DNA of 64,000 bases from Parasitella parasitica NRRL 2501 (taxonomy: Eukaryota; Fungi; Mucoromycota). Positions 54,068-64,000 of the stretch are shown here, piece by piece (the first letter of the stretch is position 1; each line of letters begins with the position of its first letter). The stretch is from contig MU619271.1 in NCBI GenBank assembly GCA_025201805.1, positions 1,169 to 65,168 on the forward strand. Reading direction: 5' to 3'. The translations under genes were made by a program, and so were the position numbers. Below the pieces are notes generated by a model. That model was given only the letters and a program-made list of their open reading frames with translations, made no database searches and was not told the origin of the DNA.

Positions 54068-54872
54068 CTATAACTCTCGCTTGATGTACTTCATAGTCTC
54101 TATATCAACGACAATTTTGTCGCCTTCGTTCACAAATTCAGGCACTTGTAATTTAGCACCATTGGCTAAATTGGCAGTTTTGTAAACGGTTCCCTTTGCA
54201 GCTTGACCCGCCCGATCTACTACAGATAGAACTGTATAGGTATAAGTCGAAGGTAACTTAAATATACAGGGCTGCCTTCCATGCTCTGGTGTAGTCAAGA
54301 AGCTGACAGAAATAGGCATGGAATCTAAACAATATAGGTGAATAACTTGGCCTATTCCAACGATGAACAAGCCCACGCATACCTTCCAACATGCCAATTG
54401 ATCGATCTCCTCCTTCACACTTGGAGCTTGCCATTTCAATCTCTTCAAATGTTTCTAAATTCAACAGATGAACTTTATCGCTTTCAGAATATAAATATTG
54501 GTATTGTTCATCCGCCAAATTCAATACTATTCACATACAAAAGAAGATTTTAGCCAACACGTAGACATTTAAATGATACTAATTCCACTTACTCTCTAGT
54601 GAATCTCCAGACTTGAAGCGCTCGTTAATTTTTGCTGATGATAAGATATCTTGCAGCTCCATCTTGACAACAGCTCCACCTCTCCCTGTAGAGACATGGT
54701 CTCTCGTTAAAACTTTCCAAGGTTTATCTTTGAATTGGACAATTTGCCCTTTTTTGATAGAGCCAACACTGAGCTTATAGAATCTCTTGGCTAATACAAC
54801 CGTTCCACGGGGCAAAATATGTGGCCAACGCACAGAGGCTTGCCTAGCTAATGCGAGCAAGGTAAATGACAT
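54068..54872 (-). CDS. efp: Bacterial-type elongation factor P with a predicted mitochondrial presequence (exons 54872-54593, 54526-54383, 54324-54068)
   Basis: IKKGQIV...PWKVL..DHVSTGRGGAVVKMELQDI...NERFKSGD (KOW), YQYLY...LNLETFEEI (OB), KTANLANGAKLQVPEFVNEGDKIVVDIETMKYIKR (C-terminal domain). The N-terminal ~30 aa are Arg-rich with no acidic residues. Confidence 0.9.
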
Positions 54873-55037
54873 TGTATGAGTCAGCTAATGTCCAAATAAA
54901 AACACTACATTGCATTAATTCCAAGGGGCACCAATAACATCTTCTAAGCCACTGGTGTTAACACTTCATCTCCTACTAAATCTCGAACGAACAAAAAAGT
55001 GCTGCTCTTTTCATTCTAACTCTCTCTGTTTGGAAAA

Positions 55038-56525
55038 ATGGCTGATTTAAGTAAAGACATTACAAATTTAAGGTTGGAAGGAGAAGCTATCAAAGTCGCT
55101 CCCGCTGAAGCTGCCAACAATGCCTCACAAAATGTCACTCCTTGGGATGTAGAAGGTGCTATCGTCGACGGTGTTCAACAAGCTATCGATTACAGCAAGC
55201 TCATAGAGCAATTCGGCACTAGACATATTGATGATGAGCTATTGAAACGCTTCGAAACGCTGACTGGTCGTAAACCTCATATTTTCCTGCGAAGGGGTAC
55301 CTTTTTCTCTCACAGGTACGTACGCCAAACTTGTAATCAGCTGCATTGAATTGAACGCGCCCGACATGGTAGAGAGTTTGACAAGATTCTTGATCGTTAC
55401 GAGCAAAAGAAGCCCTTCTTTTTGTACACTGGCCGTGGTCCGTCTAGTGCATCTATGCATTTGGGACATATGATCCCTTTTATTTTCTGTCAGTAAGTTG
55501 TTTCGAGACGAGTGTATTGGCCATGGATTGAACGCTTCAATATAGGTGGTTGCAAGATGTTTTTGATGTGCCCATTGTTATTCAATTGACTGACGATGAG
55601 AAATTCTTGTTCAAGCCCAATTTGACCGTTGAAATGTGTACTCAATTTGCTCTTGACAATGCTAGTGATATTATCGCTTGTGGTTTCAAGCCTGAAAAGA
55701 CTTTTATCTTTTCCAACTTTGATTTTGTCGGGTAAGATTGGAAAGGATTGCATTGAAGCTTGGAAAGTAACTATTGTATTACAGGAAAGAATTCTATCAC
55801 AATGTTGTCAGAATCTCTCGCTGCATTACTTTATCGCAATCAAAGGCCACGTTTGGCTTTGTGGACAGGTAAGTCGAACCATCGAAGGGCTCGGGTTTAA
55901 TCTCATGTCTGGAATGTATAGTGATAATGTCGGCAAAGCTCATTTCGTCTCTGTCCAAGCAGCACCCTCATTTTCCAACTCTTTCCCTCAAATCTTTGGC
56001 GACAAGAAGGATATTCCTTGTCTAATCCCTTGTGCTATTGATCAAGACCCTTACTTCCGTTTGACTCGTGATGTCGCAAAGAGATTGAAGTATCCCAAGC
56101 CATCTCTCATCCATGCCAAGTTTTTCCCTGCTCTTCAAGGTCCTCAGACCAAGATGAGTGCCTCCATTGACAGTTCCGCCATCTTTATGACGGACACTGC
56201 CAAACAAATCAAGAACAAGATCAACAAGCATGCCTTCTCTGGTGGTGGAGCTACTCTTGAAGAGCACCAAGCCAACGGTGGCAATCCCGATGTTGATGTT
56301 GCCTATCAATACCTCTCCTTCTTTTTGGAAGATGATGAAGAATTACAAAAGATTTATGACTCGTATAAATCAGGCACACTATCGACTGGTGAATTGAAGA
56401 AAACGTGTATTGAATTGTTACAAAAGTTTGTCAGTGATTTCCAAGATAGAAAAAGCAAGATTACGCCCCAGATTGTTGCCCAATATATGGACGCTACTAG
56501 AAAGATTGATGCTGGAATGAAATAA
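55038..56525 (+). CDS. WRS1: Tryptophanyl-tRNA synthetase, cytoplasmic type, multi-exon
   Basis: [56 protein letters not shown]. Confidence 0.97.
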
Positions 56526-56646
56526 ATCATCCAAGTTGTGTAACATGTGCATTTTATGATTCAAAGAGGGGGAGGGGGGGGGGGGGTTAATACGTGGGGC
56601 AGTGTGGTGTGTATTTTGTTTTCTTTCTTTCTTTTTCATAACGAAA

Positions 56647-58924
56647 ATGTCCATCAAAAGAACAAGCTCGAGGATACCTTCAGCTGCTTCCCATCGCAAC
56701 GACAATGCCTCTATATTTTCAACAAATGAATCAACAACTGGTAGTAGACAGCGTCAGTCAAAGAGAGATGAGGTATATATTACGCGGAATCACATATTTC
56801 AGTTACTGACTGCTTCCTGTCATAGGCCATCAGAAAGAAGCTAGAGTCAGAGCTATCCAAGAAGAAGACGGGATCAAAGAGAATTCGTCAGACTCGGAGG
56901 ATTGCAGGCACCGTATCAGCTCTTCGACCTGCTCAGGCGCTTACTGTAAAAGAAAACATGCTGGTTATTGAGGCATCGCAGCTGATGGCAGCAAAGAGGA
57001 GTGATTGTGTGCTTGTTGTGGACGAAGACGACCATTTAAGTGGCATTTTTACTGCCAAAGACATTGCCTATAGATTGGTTGCCGAGGCTCTGGATGCAAG
57101 GTATGTTGTATGGTTATGAAACCAAACAAACACATGGAAGCTAACATTTATTAACAGAAATACGGCAGTAGCCAATATCATGACTAAGGGCCCCATGTGT
57201 GTCACCTCTGACACATCTGCAACTGATGCTCTAAATCTTATGGTATCCCGTGGCTTCCGTCATTTGGTAAGCTTCGTTGATACGATGCATACACGCTTCC
57301 CATAAACAAGCGTTAACTAATGCTTCTCGACTACAGCCTGTTTGCAACGAGGAAGGTGACATCTTTGGATTGCTAGATATTACCAAATGTTTGTATGAGG
57401 CACTAGATAAAATGGAGAGAGCATTTGGTTCGTCCCGCAAACTGTACGATGCCTTGGAGGGCGTTGAAAAGGAATGGTCCAACTCACCTATACAGCTTGT
57501 GCAATACATGGAAGCCTTGCGTGATAAAATGGAATGCCCAGACCTGAATACTGTGCTAGACGGCTTACCGCCTGCTGAAGTCAACGTAAAGACAAATGTT
57601 CGTGATGTTGCACGTCTGATGAAAGAGTATCATACGACTGCAGTATTGGTTAAGGACAAGGATGGTCTGGCAGGCATCTTTACGACCAAGGACGTTGTGC
57701 TTCGTGTAATTGCTGCTGGTTTGAATCCAGAGACCTGCTCCGTTGTGCGGGTTATGACTCCCCATCCTGACACTGCACCTCCTCAAATGTCAATCATGGA
57801 TGCCTTGAGAAAGATGCATGGTGAGTATACGACGCCGCTCCGTTTGCAATGTACTCATTGCATTTTATACAGATGGTCATTACCTCAATCTTCCTGTTAT
57901 TGAGGACGGCGATGTTGTCGGCATGGTGGATGTTCTGAAATTGACATATGCCACCATGGAGCAAATCAATAGCATTCAGGGCAACGATGGCGAAGGGCCC
58001 ATGTGGGGTAGATTTTGGGACAGTTTTGGTGCTGCAGATCAACATGAGACCGAATCGCAAATTTCTGATCCATTGTCGTCTCAACTGCTCTCAGCTCATT
58101 CGCACAGCAGCAACGCAAATGGTAATGGAAATATCGCTTGTGCTATTTCTCCTGAACCTTCTGCCTCATTTTCGCAACTTCAGGGTTTCTCAGAAATCAC
58201 ACCTAACGAGTCCGCAAGCATGGTGGCCAACAATGAAGAAGGCCGTTCGACTATGTCGGACGATACCAGGGCGATGAGTAAAGGCGAGGATGTATTTTCG
58301 TTCAAATTCACAAGTGATGGCGGAAAGACACATCGGTTCGCATCTGTCTATAACAGCTATGTTGCACTCTTGGAAGCTGTGCGTCAGAAGGTCATTGGCG
58401 AGCATCTGGCTCATCTTGGAGCTAGTTCAGACGACGTTCCTGTGGATTCCTGGCTGAGCATTTCCTATTTGGATGATGAAGAAGACCAAGTGTTGATTAC
58501 ATCAGATTCAGATGTTTTTGACGCCGTCAAACTGGCTCGCAAAATGGGCCAAGATCGTGTCAAATTGTTTGTTCATGATGCCAGTAGAAAAGAAGAAGAG
58601 GTTGTAGAGGAGCCTGTTGTGATAGAAGAAAAGGCTGCTGAGCCAGTTACGCCTCCAGCCGTAACTGTGCCTCCTCCATCTGCTTCTCAAGTAAGTGAAT
58701 CAACTCGTCGTGAGAATAAGAGCAAGAGACGTAGCATCAAAAAGGAAGTTGAATCTTGTTCAGACTCTGACGAGGATGATGGTCGTAAAGGTCGCAACGA
58801 GCAAGAAGGTGCTACTGTTGCAGGAATTCCTCAGGAGCTGGTGCTGCCAGCAGCTATTGCGTTTTTGGGTGTTGTCATTGTTGGTGTGTTTGCTTTTTCA
58901 AGAGTCAGCTCACACCATCGTTAA
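56647..58924 (+). CDS. CBS-domain and PB1-domain protein with C-terminal TM (Mug70/CBSCBSPB-like), multi-exon
   Basis: RQRQSKRDEAIRKK, GTVSALRPA, two CBS pairs (GIFTAKDIA; GIFTTKDVVLRVIAAGL..SVVRVMTPHPD), PB1 (FSFKF...THRF...SYLDDEEDQVLITSDSD), and a C-terminal hydrophobic anchor. Confidence 0.9.
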
Positions 58925-59131
58925 TCCCATACCGTATATACTATTAATACAATCATGCCCCCCCCCCCCTACTATCATATATCAAACTCAAAGATTTATT
59001 CGTGTATTTTATGAACAAAAATAAACGCAAACCTTCTTTATTTCAAGACAATGTTCATATGTCAAATCAAAAAATATATGGGGTAAATTAGTGCATGGAC
59101 AAGTCATGTCATACCATTGTGCACAAGCAGT

Positions 59132-59954
59132 TTATTTTTTTGATTCAATGGCATTACTATTGCCGGCTTTCTTCTTGGGTGGTGGGGGCGTCTTTTTCTT
59201 CTTCTTCTTCATTGCTAAAGGATTTATGCCACTCACTTTTCTCTTTTTTTGGGGCTGCGGTCTATGGGATTCCGCTTTCTTTTCCCCCTCTTCATTGGCA
59301 AACAAGGCTCTTTTGATCCGCAAGGTATCTTTGTCTAATGGCTTTACTTTTTCCGCTTCGTGGACTTTCATCATTAGTTTTGATTTATCAGTCATTGGTT
59401 CAAGGCCAAGGCCCTGTTGCTTGACATTGACATAGATGATTGGCACGCCAGGAATCTTTCGCATGCGATCTTTCAGTTTAGGGTTTTGGGTGGCAATACA
59501 AAAATGCTGCTTATTTTCGGCACCCACTAAATCTCGGATACACTGGTAGCTGGAAACGGGGTTGTCTTTGTGTGGACAGCGTCGAGAGTCTGATTTTTTG
59601 GCTAAAATATAGGCACTAGTGAAATCATGGCCCTTTGATTTGATATCTTGCAAAATGCATTCGGTTACAACTATACTGAGCAAATTAGCAAGGCAGGTAC
59701 ATGTCAATAACTCAAGCCTCTGGTACCTAAACGAGTAACGTCCCCCATTAGGTTGGGAAGTTCATCTTTGATGTAAACTTGCTTTTCTAAAGCCGCTTTG
59801 CAAAAATCACCGTCCACTAAATTCAAATGTCAGTATCCTTGGATACGTCAATTGCTCTACAGAACGTACTTAAAATTTGATATGGGGGCCTAAATCCAAA
59901 CCCTACCGTATAAGCATGTACTGTTTTCTTGTTTGATCTGGAAGCTTTAGTCAT
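59132..59954 (-). CDS. UTP23: rRNA-processing PIN-domain protein Utp23 (Fcf1 family), 3 exons
   Basis: YTVGFGFRPPYQIL|xDGDF, VTECIL, RRCPH...CI...NKQHFCIATQN..L...MRKIPGVPIIY, and C-terminal GINPLAMKKKK. Confidence 0.88.
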
Positions 59955-60142
59955 ATTGACGTTCAATTGCGAGAAAGAAGTAAAAGAAAGACATCATGGA
60001 AATTTTTTTCAGGTGAGGGTTATGTGACTTTTAGGGAAGAGGTTTGCATGCTGCTGGGGATCAAAAGGTGAATGGAGGAGCATCTTCTGTCAAGGGGCCT
60101 GTAAGTAAAAAAAAACACATCTCTTCCTATTACCTTATCAAT

Positions 60143-61186
60143 ATGTCTAATCTATTGAAATTTGCTCGTATTTTACCTGCAAATGCGGTTATGGGTCTGA
60201 CTCGCCGTCAGATGGCACCCTCCATGCTTCAAATATCTTCCAAACGATTTGCCAGCAACTACCATCAACATCAGCATCATCAGCAACAGCAGCAGCAGCA
60301 AGATGACATTCTTCAATATAGGGAAAAGCCAGAATCATTATCCTATTTTACCGGCAACTTTAAATACAATGATCTTTTGATCGAGCTCGATGCACTCTAC
60401 AAGACATTCGAAAATTGGAAGCCCACTGATCACATCCAAGTTGATGGCTCTGGACATGTCACTCATGACAAGGTGTATTCGTGGAAATTGCGTGACAAAA
60501 TGTCAGAGTTACTCAGCATTCCTCTAACCACATCACAATGGAGAAAGATTACAGCTCATCTCAACACCCTTGCTTCTCTTCCCAAGCCATTACCTGCTTC
60601 TGTAGAGAGCATTTTAGAGTCCTATCAAAGATTTGATGCTTCAATTCAAAGCAGCGGGGAAACCAAGTCTCGCACCTTGGATGAAATGGGCCGTGCTTAT
60701 GCGGTTGGTCGTAGAAAGGAGTCTAGCGCCAGATGCTATCTTGTTGAAGGCGAGGGTAAGGTGCTTGTCAACGGCTTGGATTTGGAACAGTACTTTCAGA
60801 GATCTGTCGATAGAAGCGAAGTTACTTTGCCCTTGGATGTGACAGAATTAAAAGATAAATTCAATGCTTGGATTCTTGTGAAGGGTGGTGGAAGCACTGG
60901 TAAGTGGATTATGTCTGATCAAGTGCAGGCAACTGATTTGTCTTGCTGTTAGGCCAAGCACAGGCTATCAAATTGGGCCTTGGTAAAGCCTTATTAATTC
61001 ATAACAATGAATTAAAGCCTGCTTTGCGTAAAGGTGAGTAGTACTGCAATATGCAAAGTTCACATGGATCAGAATTGATGTATTTTTTTTATAGCTGGTT
61101 GTATAACTCGAGATCCCAGAGTTGTTGAACGTAAGAAAGAAGGTCAAAGAAAGGCTCGTGCAAAGTATACCTGGGTCAAACGTTAG
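60143..61186 (+). CDS. MRPS9: Mitochondrial ribosomal protein uS9m, 3 exons
   Basis: Presequence, SYFTGN, GRRKESSAR..LVEGEGKVLVNG, VKGGGSTGQAQAI, TRDPRVVERKKEGQRKARAKYTWVKR. Confidence 0.95.
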
Positions 61187-61610
61187 AGAAATCTCGGTCT
61201 TTTCTTCTATTTTGCTGTATATTTGTTTTATATTATATGAAGAGAAAAATAATAATAATAATAAAAAGAAGCACTATCATTATTTAGAATTTGTGCGGCA
61301 CTGAGATATTTACATGATTTTTTATGATGCGTTCATCTAATGCTCTAAGAGCTTATATACAGCTTTATTATATCCGGTCATCATTTGCCAGGCGCTTGAA
61401 TGCGCTCAAGTTGACCATTTAATTGCATCAACATTGCATGGTTTTATGTATACTATGCTTTCTTCAATTTATCACATCACGCGAACACTAGTCCCCCAAC
61501 CGTACTACATTTGACAGTAATAATAGTTTTATTTAGTTATGCTACGTATATAATTGATTTTGATCGCTTGTGGTGCATGGTAACTCGTCGTGCAAAATTC
61601 TTTCAACAGC

Positions 61611-61808
61611 TTAGCTGCATGTCTTTTGTTGTACCCGTATGCTTCCAGACCCAGGATGAAATGATGTAGTATGTAAATTACACTTTTGAGAGCAACATTC
61701 TGCTGAATTGCCACATATTTCATTGGAACCCTTACACTGAGCCGACACGAAGATGGATAATGACAACACAATGAGAGAAGTAGTGTAAAATTTAAGATTG
61801 AAGAGCAT
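61611..61808 (-). CDS. Small secreted cysteine-knot (ICK/conotoxin-like) peptide, 65 aa
   Basis: Signal MLFNLKFYTTSLIVLSLSIFVSA followed directly by QC-x6-C-x5-CC-x3-C-x20-CS. TATA box at ~61862-61870. Confidence 0.85.
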   Translation of the reverse strand: MLFNLKFYTTSLIVLSLSIFVSAQCKGSNEICGNSAECCSQKCNLHTTSFHPGSGSIRVQQKTCS

Positions 61809-62891
61809 TTTGAAGAAAATGTTATAAGAAATTAAAAAAAAAGGGAAAGAGTCAGTTTGATATTTATATACCAACAGATAATGAATGCACTTCTTTGCTT
61901 TCAGTTATCAGAAAACATTGGATAAATAAAGAATATAGCAAAAGTTAGCGTGGTTGCAACCATCAGCTTAATATATTATGCAGCTATTATTAACAATTCC
62001 ACATAGTACACTCGCATTTGGAGCAACCAGGATTAGAAAGGGCTTCGCATCCGCACCACAATTTTATCATTACTGTGGTGTTCAAAGTAGAACTACCGAT
62101 AGTTTCTACTTTAAAGAATGATTTTAACTGCGAATGACTCAAGAGACTAGATGCTTTATCACAAGTTGCTTTGAGAACAAAGAACCCCCTCTTTAAGAAG
62201 CAAACTACACTGACTGTAAATTTATTGCTCACAATGAATATTTTGATGGCGATAAAAATAAAGGTAGCTAGTCTGATTTTTAGGATATCAAATGTCAATT
62301 GCACAATTCAAGGCGTTGTCCTAATATGTTTGAATTGATCAGCTCTCATGGGTTTATAGATGTGCGCTTATAAAATATCATATGGCCTTTGAGAAAATAC
62401 ATAAGAAAGATGCTGTGAGCATTGCAATTTGATACGTCGAAATCATAATATTGTTTTTATGTATTGTATATTTGCCAGTATCGCCTTATATACAATTAGA
62501 AAGATCTTTTCATGCACATACTAAGTATTGCAACTACTGTGCTTACAGAGCTGCTTTCAGGACTATTTTCAACAAATTCATGTCCAATTTGACTAAAAAT
62601 CACAGCTACACCGCTTCAGTATCATGGCTTGGCATAAACAAGTCTATCGAGACGCACTACTGTCATTTTTTGTATAATCCATCGGATTCACTCCAGAATG
62701 CCTCATTGAAAACATTCTCAGTCTATGATTACTAAATGCTATGATATTTGGCATAAACCATAATGTGGGTCGCTTATTCAGTGAAATTTGCTCTATTATA
62801 TATTAATTAGTTTTACGATTTGGAATGCTTCTAATTATATCGTGGTAGGCTTGTGTTATGCGGTACCATTCCATATGTGACATTTGTCAAT

Positions 62892-63096
62892 TTAGCTGCA
62901 AACTGCAATAGCCACTCTGTCTGTAGCATGAGCAACAGCTGCTGTTGTCTTTCTAATATAGTTCAGAATCAGCATTCGTTATCATCATCACAAGTACTAG
63001 CAATGTTTGTACACCGAGTGTACACAAAGATAGACGACAATAAAGTGATAAAGAAAGACTCGAATAAAGAATGCCACTAGAATCAAAGAATAACAT
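62892..63096 (-). pseudogene. Frameshifted paralog of the 61611-61808 knottin gene
   Basis: The minus strand reads MLF..., then in another frame LLSSIFVYTRCTNIASTCDDDNEC* (cf. LSLSIFVSAQCKGSNEICGNSAECC), then KTT...RVAIAVCS* (cf. HTT...RVQQKTCS*). Both end in the identical TGCAGCTAA. Confidence 0.7.
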
Positions 63097-64000
63097 TGAT
63101 ATCATGATTAATAGTTTACATTAAAGATGGAACCAAGAATTACAAAAATCTTGATTTATCCTGCCCCAAAGATGGTGATGATTTAAAGCTGAAGCAAATA
63201 TGCAGAAATATGAACTGTTAATTAGTGTTAGCATACAAACAAACGCAACCACCATCATAAATTTCCCTAGCGCATAGGGCCAAAAGAGCCACATCGTTAG
63301 AAACTTTTATCAAGTCATTCCGTAGACCTGTACAGCAGATAAGAATAAAGCATTCAGCTCACAAAAAAAATAACGATGACACCAGAAATAAACAAAAACG
63401 GTCTTATATACAACTAGGTGCCAATACTGCAAACAAAAGTAAAAATAGAAGCACCTAAACGAGACAACCTATCTTATCTGTAGCCCAAAATTAACTATTG
63501 AAGGCTATGCAGGTCCATCCAACGGAGGTTCTTTCTTTTTGCATGTATATCAGGATTACAAAGCTCCAAATGGTAATTTCAAAAAATTCAATAGATGATA
63601 TGAATGGATTCTTCAAGAAAAGTTTATATATGGCATTATAGAAGCCTTTATATCTAGGCCCGTGTACCTTTCAAAGCAGACTTAATTCTTGACACGAGTC
63701 GTCTTCTGCCATCAATTTTTTTTTGTTGACAGCTTAAGAGGTGGGTAGGCGATAAATAGGTCCTACCGCTGATTTGATTGTCTTTTCACCCCATTACTGG
63801 GCGGCAGCTTTGACATATAAACAATATTAGGAATTGCCTAAAAAAGGGTATCAACAGCTAAAGGAGGGCTTTCGTTTGCACATACTAACTTGTATGCATT
63901 CAGTTTTCTTTGTTTTCAGTTTAACAGGAGGAGCCGGATTAACAGTGATTTAGGAATAGCACCTCAACAGCACCACACCTATATTGTATATGCTGAAAAA

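Noticed and set aside
61990-62304. ORF with a Cys-rich end (WCGCEALSNPGCSKCECTMWNC) beside the knottin gene
   Set aside because: Non-ATG start, no family signal peptide and no CC doublet. Probably spurious, though not excluded.
1-64000. CRISPR arrays, rRNA genes or a secondary-metabolite (NRPS/PKS) cluster
   Set aside because: No repeat-spacer arrays, rRNA-like sequence or backbone enzymes were seen.

Overview
This is a eukaryotic, intron-rich fungal window. Gene content, short ~55-70 nt introns and transposon types suggest Mucoromycota/Mucorales (inference). It holds about 18 conserved housekeeping genes: IQGAP, Grx3/4, COX16, an O-fucosyltransferase-like gene, CDC7, an ACAP-type ArfGAP, a double-bromodomain protein, RPL31, PMT4, TLG2, ATG26, transketolase, a P4-ATPase flippase, EF-P, TrpRS, a CBS-PB1 protein, UTP23 and MRPS9. 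It also holds Helitron, LINE and Gypsy-like remnants and three N-gaps. The main candidate for an undescribed system is a family of small, intronless secreted peptides with a conotoxin-like inhibitor-cystine-knot (ICK) cysteine framework, C-C-CC-C-C. There are three intact genes (11103-11405, 12418-12678, 61611-61808) and one frameshifted pseudogene (62892-63096). They share a conserved signal peptide, have hypervariable loops, and carry a shared upstream HMG-box-like (TR-box) motif. Also notable are a bacterial-type EF-P with an Arg in the modification loop and an apparent mitochondrial presequence, and an ET-less double-bromodomain protein with BRD4-like C-terminal motifs. All calls are from manual reading; no database searches were run.
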